Virus record (IMG/VR): IMGVR_UViG_3300027819_000027
Span: 1-40,254 of that record
DNA: 40,254 nucleotides
From: a virus
Taxonomy: Duplodnaviria; Caudoviricetes
Reading direction: 5' to 3' (one strand)
Position numbers and translations under genes: made by a program. This document shows, piece by piece, positions 1 to 8,208 of this stretch; the first letter of the stretch is position 1; each line of letters opens with the position of its first letter. Below the pieces are notes generated by a model that worked only from the letters and a program-made list of their open reading frames with translations, was not told where the DNA came from and did not search any database.

Positions 1-99
1 TCAATTTTCAGCATCTCGTTTCTCCAAGTTGTTGCATAACCCGGCAGTCCACCTGACCTGCCGCGATAAGGCCGCGTCAGTCAGGTGACTTTTGCGTTA
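1..99 (+). repeat. Exact direct repeat of 39742-39840 (contig-end overlap)
   Basis: 99 identical bases; identity stops immediately after the attC core GTTA. Confidence 0.97.
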
Positions 100-102
100 T
101 GC
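34..102 (+). repeat. attC-like recombination site (copy of site A, short allele)
   Basis: GCATAAC...CACCTGAC...GTCAGGTG...GTTATGC, 69-bp imperfect inverted repeat bounded by AAC and GTT cores. Confidence 0.88.
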
Positions 103-264
103 TCGATGTAGAGCACTCCGGCTGATGATTTCGCGCTGCCCGTTCTCGACGAACTCAACCAACGCAGAATTACATCGGCCCCTGTAAATTACCCGACAGA
201 GCCTGTTGAAAAGCGTCTGCCGCTTAATGTTGTTTTTCCAGCAGTATCGGTACAGCGTGATCAT
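97..264 (-). CDS. Small hypothetical phage protein, 55 aa (MITLYRYCWKNN...ISRSALHRA)
   Basis: Read manually; stop TAA lies inside the attC GTTA core. Confidence 0.7.
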   Translation of the reverse strand: MITLYRYCWKNNIKRQTLFNRLCRVIYRGRCNSALVEFVENGQREIISRSALHRA

Positions 265-268
265 AAAA

Positions 269-781
269 TTATCCCTTTATCTTTAGCCCGCAAGACTTGC
301 ACTGTTTATACGGGATGGGCTCAAAATCATGGTTATTGCATTGATCTGTTGCAACTTTACCTTGTAATCCCCTAATATAATTTTCAAAGTCTTTTGTGCC
401 AGGAATCCCCGCAGCAGCGTGGGCCAGTTCTTCAACATTTTCGTCCGTCGTGTATGGCAACAAACGAGTAAAGCGCGTCACATCAGTCTTTTGCAGGGCT
501 TCGTCGGTGATTAAATACTGGCCGAATTTGTCATAGACCCCTATCAAAGCAAATGCCCATGACCGTTTCATCCCGTGTTCCCGCTCAACATACTCGGCAA
601 AGCTGTCTGCCGCAGTAGCCCACAACCGCCCGGAACTGATCGCCTGGAGCGCTCGGCCTATCACAAGGCACCCCTGGATTGCCTGCCCCTTCGCGGACAT
701 TATGTCGTTTTCCCACTCATCTAATCGCCTGACTACCTGCATTTTGACCTCCTTTAATCGATAATTCCCTGCCTTTGGCAA
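269..781 (-). CDS. Hypothetical protein with C-terminal Cys/His zinc-ribbon-like tail
   Basis: 170-aa ORF in operon with helicase; CNNH...CKSC. Confidence 0.7.
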   Translation of the reverse strand: MPKAGNYRLKEVKMQVVRRLDEWENDIMSAKGQAIQGCLVIGRALQAISSGRLWATAADSFAEYVEREHGMKRSWAFALIGVYDKFGQYLITDEALQKTDVTRFTRLLPYTTDENVEELAHAAAGIPGTKDFENYIRGLQGKVATDQCNNHDFEPIPYKQCKSCGLKIKG

Positions 782-2255
782 ACTTGATGTAACGATGAGC
801 TATCCAGCGGGAAACTTCATCCGTGACCGGCAGACGCGCCCCCCAGTTCATCCCGCTAGATGGATCACAACCGAACTTTGCTTTGTAGGAATACAAGCTC
901 CATCCAAAACAACCCCCACGGCCTTGCTTCATGCCGTGATTCGCCGCATAGTGATTAAGTTGTGAAAGGAAATATTGTTTTTGCGCTACGGAGTATTCCT
1001 TCCGCGCCCTGCGCTGAACTGCCGTCAAGTCCCCTTCCGCCACTTCAATTTCTGGTTTACGCTCCGGCAACAATCCGCAGGCCGGGCAGCGATTCACACC
1101 AACAGGCTTTAGGTAAGCGCATGACGGGCATACTTTCGGTAGCTTGGGCTTGGGCGTTGATTCTGATTTTTTCTTTTTCCCGTCATCCAGAATATCAAAT
1201 TGGAAGTCATCTGGAAAGCCAAGCCTTTCTGCGTTGCCGCCAAAATCTAAAATGACCGCTTGTTCTTTCCCTGGCGATAACCTTAACGCCCTGCCGGTGG
1301 CCTGTATCCATTTCGTTGGTGACTTCGTAGAAAGGGCGAAAGCGCAAACTTCCACGCCTGGATAATCAAAACCCGCGACGAGAATTTCAACACTACATAA
1401 AACCATCGTTTCTCCATACATAAACTCTTTTATTTTTACGTCACGCTCTGAACTCTCATAGGCATTGACCTGATCGGCCTTAATCCCTGCGGCGCAGAAT
1501 TGCGCTGATAAATGCTTTCCGTGTGCAACATTGACACAAAATATAATTGTTTTCTTATTGGGGGTTAATTTTAGCCAAGTTTTAACAACATCCCCTACGA
1601 TGTCGGCCTTATCAAACGTGGAACTTAGTGATGCCTCTGTGTACTCCCCCGCCACAACTTTTAATTTAGAAAGATCGGCAATCGTTGGCCCATAAATTAT
1701 GTAAGGGCATAAATATCCTTCTGTAATTAATTGTTTCATGGGATAGGGTTGAATATGAGTTTCAAAGTGTTTCCCCAGCCCCTTAGTAAATGGGGTTGCA
1801 GACAAACCGATAATATACGAATCGGGATTATCTTTCATAATCTTTTTATGTGTTTCCGTTAATACATGGCATTCGTCTATAATTATCAAAGCGCATCCCC
1901 CCGGGCAGCCCCTTGTGCGGAGTGTTGCAACGCTACATACTTGCACTGGCTGGTCTATATTAAATCGCGGATTATTCGATTGAATCAGGCCAGCCGGTAT
2001 TCCGTAACTGTGAAATAAATCCGTTGCTTGTTCGGCGAGAATAATCCTATGAACAATAAACAAAACTTTATTATTCTTCGCCAATGCTTGCTTAACAACT
2101 TGTGCTGCCAATACTGTCTTCCCAAAAGAACAGGCCGCCTGTAAAATCACTCTTTTGTGTTTTGACATTGCCATTTTTAATTCAACAATCGCTTGAGTTT
2201 GGAATGACTTAAGCTCTAAATCTTTAACTTTCATAACCGCTGGATAATATTTCAT
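717..2255 (-). CDS. Superfamily 2 (DExH, RadD/YejH-like) helicase with zinc finger
   Basis: Q motif, ACSFGKT, IIIDECH, GLSATP, GFDYP, QATGRALR, CPSC...CPAC. Confidence 0.92.
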   Translation of the reverse strand: MKYYPAVMKVKDLELKSFQTQAIVELKMAMSKHKRVILQAACSFGKTVLAAQVVKQALAKNNKVLFIVHRIILAEQATDLFHSYGIPAGLIQSNNPRFNIDQPVQVCSVATLRTRGCPGGCALIIIDECHVLTETHKKIMKDNPDSYIIGLSATPFTKGLGKHFETHIQPYPMKQLITEGYLCPYIIYGPTIADLSKLKVVAGEYTEASLSSTFDKADIVGDVVKTWLKLTPNKKTIIFCVNVAHGKHLSAQFCAAGIKADQVNAYESSERDVKIKEFMYGETMVLCSVEILVAGFDYPGVEVCAFALSTKSPTKWIQATGRALRLSPGKEQAVILDFGGNAERLGFPDDFQFDILDDGKKKKSESTPKPKLPKVCPSCAYLKPVGVNRCPACGLLPERKPEIEVAEGDLTAVQRRARKEYSVAQKQYFLSQLNHYAANHGMKQGRGGCFGWSLYSYKAKFGCDPSSGMNWGARLPVTDEVSRWIAHRYIKFAKGRELSIKGGQNAGSQAIR

Positions 2256-2920
2256 AAGCTAAGTGACGGTTGAAATGGCATTTCTAACCGCGATCCTTTC
2301 CTTTTATTTTCGACTGCCCACATCGGTTGCAGATTTTTCAAGTTCCATGCTCTTTTGAAATCCAAATCCTCGGTAGTTTCAAAATTATGAACCGCCAAGG
2401 GGATTTTGTGGTCAATGTGCCAATCGCCATAATTGGCCCAAGACATACCTTCAGTAAATTGCTCTTCAAGATGGCTCTGTAAATCATAAAGCGTATAACC
2501 AACCAGCAATTCCCAAGTTCTATTTCTCCTATTGCCTTGAAGATATCTTCGGGTAGCATTGCGCATACAAATATTTAATTTACCCTTCGGAGTTTGATAT
2601 TTTTTTAAAAAAGCCTTTTTGTCAGTTGATTTCTTTTTTTCAGGATTTAATTTTACCCAATTTAAAATTAATTCCTTATGGTGTTCAAGATTATTCGTTC
2701 TCCATTTTTTATTGCCGAGGCTAACCTTCCCCTTGTTATTTTCCTTCCATTGCTTTGATTTTTCCATTATTCGGTTTTTATATTCTTGCGTACCATCTTG
2801 ATAATATAATCTTCTACATAGTTTACATTGCCCCCAAGTAGATATAAAACCGCTTTTTCTTTTATATTTGCCAAATTCATCAATGGGCTTTATTTCCCCG
2901 CACTTTGTGCATTTTCTCAT
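2252..2920 (-). CDS. Free-standing HNH homing endonuclease
   Basis: N-terminal CTKC...CKLC; WHIDHKIP...NLQPMWAVEN; AT-rich; inserted between primase and helicase. Confidence 0.85.
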   Translation of the reverse strand: MRKCTKCGEIKPIDEFGKYKRKSGFISTWGQCKLCRRLYYQDGTQEYKNRIMEKSKQWKENNKGKVSLGNKKWRTNNLEHHKELILNWVKLNPEKKKSTDKKAFLKKYQTPKGKLNICMRNATRRYLQGNRRNRTWELLVGYTLYDLQSHLEEQFTEGMSWANYGDWHIDHKIPLAVHNFETTEDLDFKRAWNLKNLQPMWAVENKRKGSRLEMPFQPSLSL

Positions 2921-3696
2921 AAATATCGTTTCGCTGAATTTATTAGTCTTTCAACATCCCTACCCTCAAGTGGCGGCGTACAGGAGGCAGCGCATTTTCT
3001 GATTTCTGATTCCAAATAATCAACGGGCATCTTCCGTTTAATCACGCCACCAGCTACCCGCATGACATAACTTTCTCGTTCCCCCAGGTTCGCTCCATAA
3101 CTTCCCCGCCATTCGCTCATATCAAAGGGCTTTCGTTCAAGTTTGTAGCGGGGCGCCGACCACATCGGAACTATCTGCGGCGGGAAAAGCTCTGTCAACT
3201 CCCTAAAGGTGTAAACGTAGCTGCTGCCGCTTCGGACTTTCGTCAAGAATGGCTCGCCCTTTCGATGGTAGAACCCGGGAACGCGCATCACCCTCGGTAA
3301 ATCACAGACCGCAGGATCGCCACCCACCAGCCGGGCAATGTTTTTTTGCATCGGCGTAAAACCCTCTAGGGGCAAATCCTTAACAACCCAGTAGCAATGA
3401 AACCTATTCGGCGACGTTTCGACAATCAATGTCGGGTCCTTGTCCAGTGAACTGGACAGCGGAGCACCATCGAGATCAGCAAAGCAGGCCCTTACTCGGA
3501 TGATGTTTTCCTTCTTTCGGCCCTTGCCATCGGTCTCGTTCACTGCCATGTAAATTCCCGCGCCATTTTCGTTTAACCGTTTCAGCCTATCAATCGAAGG
3601 GTCGTGGAGCACCATAGTAAGTTTTTTATTCTTGCCGGTGTCGTCAAAAGTTTGGAACGTCAATCTTCCTGTGAAAAGTTGCCAGAAATTTTCCAT
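2917..3696 (-). CDS. RepB-family (AEP) DNA primase with C-terminal helical domain
   Basis: FADLD, ETSPNRFHCYW, DLPRVMRVPGF motifs; start refined to ATG at 3696. Confidence 0.85.
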   Translation of the reverse strand: MENFWQLFTGRLTFQTFDDTGKNKKLTMVLHDPSIDRLKRLNENGAGIYMAVNETDGKGRKKENIIRVRACFADLDGAPLSSSLDKDPTLIVETSPNRFHCYWVVKDLPLEGFTPMQKNIARLVGGDPAVCDLPRVMRVPGFYHRKGEPFLTKVRSGSSYVYTFRELTELFPPQIVPMWSAPRYKLERKPFDMSEWRGSYGANLGERESYVMRVAGGVIKRKMPVDYLESEIRKCAASCTPPLEGRDVERLINSAKRYL

Positions 3697-3783
3697 TTTC
3701 CCCTCGCGCGAATTAACCACTAATTAAACTATTACTACTTCTTTTCTTGATGAATTCTTTCTTCTTATGTCTGTATCTGTATC

Positions 3784-4146
3784 TTAGGAGGAGTTTGTCC
3801 CGACACTGTCGGGATTTTGTCCCGACTTCGAAGAATACTCATCCCGTATTTTCAATAGGTTAGGGATTTCGATTATGATAATGTTTTCATAACGTTTTAC
3901 TTTTGTTTTCATTTTGTTTTCAGTTAGTTCTAAGAATGAAATGAGTTTCTTTTGCTTTAGTCCTAATAATGAGCACCAAGTTCCAATCGGATATTCGACG
4001 TGACACCGGTCTGAATTATCCATTTTTGAGGCCACGATTTCCAATAAACGGAACCATCTGCCATATCCGGCGAACCCCTCGATAGAGAGAAGATAATTTA
4101 GATTTTCCGATGATGCGCAATCCGTATGATGTTTAAACCACTTCAA
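3784..4146 (-). CDS. Phage replication-initiator-like N-terminal domain, possibly truncated
   Basis: MKWFKH...EGFAGYGRWFRLLE start typical of phage replisome organisers; TGTCCCGAC/GTCGGGA repeats at the 3' end. Confidence 0.6.
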   Translation of the reverse strand: MKWFKHHTDCASSENLNYLLSIEGFAGYGRWFRLLEIVASKMDNSDRCHVEYPIGTWCSLLGLKQKKLISFLELTENKMKTKVKRYENIIIIEIPNLLKIRDEYSSKSGQNPDSVGTNSS

Positions 4147-4296
4147 TCGCTTACCATATCAACCCAAAACAAAAGCCCCTGTGGGCAACCTGGAGCGCAA
4201 GTCTCCAGCACAGGGGGCTAATGTTTTGAGCAAAATTATAATTATTATGTGTGTTTGTCATGGAGTTGCCTTCCACCTTTCGTAGATACTATCCGC

Positions 4297-5112
4297 TCAT
4301 TTTATGGCATTGTCAAGAGAAAACTTCGGGTCATAACCTTTCACCAGGCGCCAAAGCTCCAGTGCTTTAAGAAATATCTGCCGGCCAGTTTCCATCTTCT
4401 CAAGTGTCCACTTGTGCCCCTTAACAAGGCCGGGATGTGTTCGAGAGAAGAAGATATTGGCCGCCTCAGCCTTCGGCAGGTTTAGACCCATCTGGTAAGC
4501 TGCAAGCTGGTAATGCTGATCGTAGGCCAGAGTCTTTCCGTCAGTGAAATCCCCATCCTTCCCTTTGAAATCAATCGTGCATCCAGTAGAGGGAGAATGC
4601 AAATCCACCCTCCCGCCGAACCCCAAGGGATGAGCAAAACCCGCTTCCGCAATCCAGTCTGTCACGCCAGGGAATAGACGCTTAATTTCTGCATCTACCC
4701 CCTTGCAATGCTCAGTATATTTAGCGGGATAAACTTCACCCTTAAAGTATTGCTCAAGTGCATCGTGGACGGCGGTGCCCTCCTTGGCAGCATCGCTCGC
4801 ACTCTTAAAGCCATCTTCTCTTAATCGTTTCAGAAACAACGAATCAGGTTCTTCCGGCAGACGCTCAAGCGTCAATGCTGCCAGGATCATTTGATCCTGT
4901 TTCCACTTTTCAAGTGCTGGCTTAGCAATAACTTGCAAGACGGTGGTCACTGACGGTACGAGGTTTAGTCCTCGATCCCATTGGATGTTGATGTTTCTCG
5001 GCGTTCCGTCCTTGGCCGGGACGGAATGACACGCCGAACCGTCCTGTTTGTACCAATGCCCCGATGCTTCGGGCATTTCTTTTTTTGGTGCCGAAAGAAT
5101 AAACGGATTCAT
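4297..5112 (-). CDS. PD-(D/E)xK exonuclease
   Basis: PSVTTVL, GTAVH, GRVD, IDFK, QLAAY motifs. Confidence 0.88.
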   Translation of the reverse strand: MNPFILSAPKKEMPEASGHWYKQDGSACHSVPAKDGTPRNINIQWDRGLNLVPSVTTVLQVIAKPALEKWKQDQMILAALTLERLPEEPDSLFLKRLREDGFKSASDAAKEGTAVHDALEQYFKGEVYPAKYTEHCKGVDAEIKRLFPGVTDWIAEAGFAHPLGFGGRVDLHSPSTGCTIDFKGKDGDFTDGKTLAYDQHYQLAAYQMGLNLPKAEAANIFFSRTHPGLVKGHKWTLEKMETGRQIFLKALELWRLVKGYDPKFSLDNAIK

Positions 5113-5744
5113 CAGAAGGGCACCTCGGAGTCGTCTGGATTATTTGCCAGCGAATCGGGGAATTGTTCCTGCGCCGGCGGCACGATCCCCTCGGCCGCTT
5201 TCATTTCTGCTGATTCAGAAATGATCTTCGCAATCCACTTTGGCGTTGTTTCGGGTGGCGCCCCCTGGTCCAGAGTGTAAACTATTAAAGGGTTCTCCGC
5301 TGCGAGTTTATTGATTCCTTTATATAGCGGCAAAATCGCAGAGATGTTGGCATATGTTTTGTCGCCATTTACTTTGTGGAGAACTTGCAGCATACAATTC
5401 AAACCGACGAGCTTGGAAATATCAAATCCAGAGAGTTCTTCCTGGGTGAAAGCTCTGCCACGCCAGGTCTCTAAATCTTTCCGAAGATTTGCTTTTTCCC
5501 CCAGGCTAAGGGTGTATTGTTTACTGATCGCCCTAGGTAGGGTCAATGTTTGCCCATCTTTTACGATCTCAATGCGCCTGTCGGGGAGTTCCCAGATAAT
5601 GACGCACTTCCGTGAGGACTTGTCGTAAACAGGGCTATATTGTGTGCCTAAGTCATAAATCGCATAACAAATAGCCTGATGTACTCCGGCATCAACCGGC
5701 TCAATTGCCTCCCCACCCTCTTTCGCTATCAAAGAACCAATCAT
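5112..5744 (-). CDS. Putative single-stranded DNA-binding protein
   Basis: YDLGTQ...YTLSLGEKANLRKDLETWRG core with acidic DDSEVPF C-terminus; next to exonuclease. Confidence 0.75.
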   Translation of the reverse strand: MIGSLIAKEGGEAIEPVDAGVHQAICYAIYDLGTQYSPVYDKSSRKCVIIWELPDRRIEIVKDGQTLTLPRAISKQYTLSLGEKANLRKDLETWRGRAFTQEELSGFDISKLVGLNCMLQVLHKVNGDKTYANISAILPLYKGINKLAAENPLIVYTLDQGAPPETTPKWIAKIISESAEMKAAEGIVPPAQEQFPDSLANNPDDSEVPF

Positions 5745-5783
5745 TTTACTTCCTCCTTTTGTTAGTCCAGTTAACTGGACGGG

Positions 5784-6065
5784 TTAATCTTCCTCCCGGA
5801 TTGGGATACATAGCCAATACTCATGCCGCTCGTTTTCCCGGTTACACGGGGCCTCCCGGTCGATGTCCCATGTCGTCTGCGCTTCGATCACGGGATAATC
5901 CCCTTGCTCGAAGCCGTAGCTTGTAAACATCTTGCCTTTGTCTGGATCGCCCGATCGTTCTCCGTCCGGGGCGCTGTAGCTGCCAAATACCCGCAGCTCG
6001 GGGTGCCTCGCCCGAATCACCGCCCATACTTCCGGGCTTGTTGGTATTCGCTTATAATCTCTCAC
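5784..6065 (-). CDS. Hypothetical protein
   Basis: GTG start overlapping upstream TGA, preceded by GGAGG. Confidence 0.6.
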   Translation of the reverse strand: MRDYKRIPTSPEVWAVIRARHPELRVFGSYSAPDGERSGDPDKGKMFTSYGFEQGDYPVIEAQTTWDIDREAPCNRENERHEYWLCIPIREED

Positions 6066-6235
6066 TCTGTCCTCCCCAATTCTTCCTCTCCTTCCAGCGC
6101 CTCTCGCGCAAACTCCCGTAGGCAATCGGAACAGGTAAGATTGTTCTTAACACAATTTCCCTCCAGCCCATGCGGGGGGCAACCACCACCGGCTATAAAC
6201 TCCAGGGCGGCGATTAGTTTGTCAATCCGTTCCAT
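6062..6235 (-). CDS. Small Cys-rich hypothetical protein, 57 aa (MERIDKLIAALEF...)
   Basis: Read manually; AAGGAGG RBS; stop overlaps next start. Confidence 0.6.
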   Translation of the reverse strand: MERIDKLIAALEFIAGGGCPPHGLEGNCVKNNLTCSDCLREFAREALEGEEELGRTE

Positions 6236-6245
6236 TGGTGCCTCC

Positions 6246-6452
6246 TTAAATGAGGTCAGATATTTCTATCTGATATTTTGCCACAATCTTTTTTAGGTCG
6301 TTAATGTCCCACGTGTCTGCCTTTAACCAGTTGCGTATTGTCTCGTCTGATACACCAAGCAACCCGGCCAGATCAACATCACTAACCTTACGTAATGCCT
6401 TAAATGCCTTGATTTTCTCAGAAGTATTAAGGCCCTCAAATAATCCGCTCAT
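6246..6452 (-). CDS. Cro/XRE-type helix-turn-helix regulator, 68 aa
   Basis: DVDLAGLLGVSDETIRNW HTH; AAGGAG RBS; first gene after divergent promoter. Confidence 0.82.
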   Translation of the reverse strand: MSGLFEGLNTSEKIKAFKALRKVSDVDLAGLLGVSDETIRNWLKADTWDINDLKKIVAKYQIEISDLI

Positions 6453-6477
6453 GTTCGATCTCCTTTCTTTTTGCCTC

Positions 6478-6505
6478 ATTATACGCTTAAAATATACCAA
6501 GTCAA
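6478..6505 (-). promoter_or_regulatory. Sigma70-like leftward promoter for the HTH/replication operon
   Basis: TTGACT-N16-TATAAT on the minus strand. Confidence 0.7.
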
Positions 6506-6534
6506 CTATTTTCTTTGGCCTATAGCAATAATAC

Positions 6535-6563
6535 TTGACAAACCCTTTTTCTTTTGCTAAGGT
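6535..6563 (+). promoter_or_regulatory. Sigma70-like rightward promoter reading into the cassette array
   Basis: TTGACA-N17-TAAGGT with extended -10 TG. Confidence 0.7.
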
Positions 6564-6584
6564 GCAATTAAACAAGGAGGGACT

Positions 6585-6872
6585 ATGAAGCCGAAAAACG
6601 AGTTGGTAGAAGCAATCAGGCGCCACGAACGAGACGCGCAACTTCTGCTTTACCTCAAATGTGTCCTGGCGATCGTGGGCCTTGCAGTGATTGTTCTGTT
6701 GCTTCGGGCCGCGTTCTTGGCCCCCGCGCCGATTGACCTCCCTGATCCAGATGCGGTGAAAAGGGAGGTCTTCAACCGCTTGGATGCACGGGGACTGAGC
6801 CGGAAGACAACGGTTATGATCGAGGGGGGAAGCTATAAGTTTGAATGGAAAGGGAGGTTTTATAGATTATGA
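6585..6872 (+). CDS. Hypothetical single-TM membrane protein
   Basis: AAGGAGG RBS; hydrophobic stretch. Confidence 0.7.
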   Translation: MKPKNELVEAIRRHERDAQLLLYLKCVLAIVGLAVIVLLLRAAFLAPAPIDLPDPDAVKREVFNRLDARGLSRKTTVMIEGGSYKFEWKGRFYRL

Positions 6873-7036
6873 GCCAGCAATCTGAGTGGGAAAATCTAAA
6901 AGAGCGGGAGAATCAGGCATCGATTGACCGCCAGTTCTATGACGAAGAAGAACCATACTGGCCAGATAACGAACTGCCGGGCATGTGGGAGAACGCTGAC
7001 TTTATGGGTGGGGCTGTTTCCGCTCGCCTCGATTGA
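6869..7036 (+). CDS. Acidic hypothetical protein, 55 aa; its C-terminus is encoded by the terminal attC
   Basis: ATGA overlap with upstream gene; MSQQSEWENLKE...SARLD. Confidence 0.55.
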   Translation: MSQQSEWENLKERENQASIDRQFYDEEEPYWPDNELPGMWENADFMGGAVSARLD

Positions 7037-7046
7037 CTGGTTAGAT
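6988..7046 (-). repeat. attC-like site z (last in array, degenerate)
   Basis: GGAGAAC...GTTAGAT; stem relies on G-T pairs on the + strand. Confidence 0.6.
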
Positions 7047-7059
7047 GGAGTAATTAAAA

Positions 7060-7245
7060 ATGCAAAGAATACTTGTGCCATTATACACACTAATATTTTG
7101 GAATAGATTGTTAAATGGAGATAAATCACCATACCGCCGATCCTCTATTATTAAGGTGAAAGGCTGGCGCACAATATTGGTTGGCAGTCCATTTGCGAGA
7201 GAAACAATAACACCACTGTTCAAATTATGGAAGTGGTACATCTAA
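7060..7245 (+). CDS. Cassette-borne hypothetical protein, 61 aa
   Basis: GGAG RBS; flanked by GTTAGAT/ATCTAAC; stop in core. Confidence 0.65.
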   Translation: MQRILVPLYTLIFWNRLLNGDKSPYRRSSIIKVKGWRTILVGSPFARETITPLFKLWKWYI

Positions 7246-7300
7246 CGCTAAAGGTCAGCGGCAGGCGCTTTTGCCTGTCCGCTGTAGTGACTGGTTATGG
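7240..7300 (-). repeat. attC-like site a
   Basis: ATCTAAC...CAGCGGCAGGC...GCCTGTCCGCTG...GTTATGG. Confidence 0.88.
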
Positions 7301-7366
7301 AGGTAACGCTCAAGCTAAGCGGCGTGGCGGTCGTTTGCCACGTCCGTCTTGAGCGCTTTGTTAGCA
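7301..7366 (-). repeat. attC-like site b (abuts site a)
   Basis: AGGTAAC...CGGCGTGGC...GCCACGTCCG...GTTAGCA. Confidence 0.85.
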
Positions 7367-7383
7367 GGTTTTATAGGAGGAAT

Positions 7384-7866
7384 ATGATACCGACAGAGAC
7401 ATGGGTTTTACCAAGGCCGCGTAAGAACAGATACCCAGGAGGATTTCCACTTCACTTTGAAAAGAAATTATGGAAACTTCTCGGCTGCCCCACAATGGTG
7501 TTGCATCCCTTTGGAGGAGCGGCGGAGATAGGAGACAGGGTAGATATAAACCCAGAAACGAATCCCAAGTGGATCGGAGACGCACACAAACTTGATATGA
7601 TCCCAGACCAAAGTTATGACCTTGTAATTCTCGATCCACCCTATGACAATGAACAGGCTGCCAAACTATATAAAACACCAAAGTTGCATTATGGGAAATA
7701 TGTATCTGAGGCGATGAGAGTTTGTAAGATTGGAGGCAAGGTTGCCATATATCATTGGGTATGGACTCCGAGACCGAAGAATGGAAAGTATTGTAACCGT
7801 ATCGTAATCTTGACAAGGGTATGGCACAGACCAAGGGTTTGTAATGTTTATTTACGTGAAAGCTAA
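7384..7866 (+). CDS. Cassette-borne small amino-(N6A/N4C) DNA methyltransferase-like protein
   Basis: LHPFGG motif I, DLVILDPPY motif IV; AGGAGG RBS before ATG 7384; stop in AGCTAAC core. Confidence 0.78.
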   Translation: MIPTETWVLPRPRKNRYPGGFPLHFEKKLWKLLGCPTMVLHPFGGAAEIGDRVDINPETNPKWIGDAHKLDMIPDQSYDLVILDPPYDNEQAAKLYKTPKLHYGKYVSEAMRVCKIGGKVAIYHWVWTPRPKNGKYCNRIVILTRVWHRPRVCNVYLRES

Positions 7867-7947
7867 CGTAGAGATAACCCGCCGGCCACCGACCAGGCGG
7901 TAAAGTGACAGGCGTGGTTCCGGTCGGGGTTGATTGATTTGTTATAC
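7861..7947 (-). repeat. attC-like site c
   Basis: AGCTAAC...AACCCGCCGG...CCGGTCGGGGTT...GTTATAC. Confidence 0.82.
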
Positions 7948-7973
7948 GGATTATTAGGACATGAAGGAGAAAG

Positions 7974-8129
7974 ATGCCTGACCAGCAACCCCACTGTGTA
8001 GGGGATATATACGGCCAATGTTGTACCGCTATGGTGGCGGAAGTCGGAAAGACGCTGACATTGGTGGGTCTCGATACCCTTAAAATCATGCACGGATGTC
8101 CTTTTTATTTATTGTTGTATAACGCTTGA
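7974..8129 (+). CDS. Cassette-borne Cys-containing peptide, 51 aa (MPDQQPHCVG...)
   Basis: AAGGAG RBS; read manually; cassette bounded by GTTATAC/GTATAAC. Confidence 0.55.
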   Translation: MPDQQPHCVGDIYGQCCTAMVAEVGKTLTLVGLDTLKIMHGCPFYLLLYNA

Positions 8130-8194
8130 CTTGAGCGGCGGGGGTTTTATCCCGTCCGCGCGTAGCGAGGATCGGCTGGAATGACTGGTTGGGC
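8117..8194 (-). repeat. attC-like site d (apparently chimeric)
   Basis: GTATAAC...GTTGGGC; the two arms resemble different attC types and pair poorly. Confidence 0.65.
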
Positions 8195-8208
8195 GTAACT
8201 TTTGGAGG

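Noticed and set aside
1-99. Physical direct terminal repeat of the virion DNA
   Set aside because: The repeat is not flush with the right end and looks like an assembly overlap at a bubble; P22-like packaging genes suggest headful packaging
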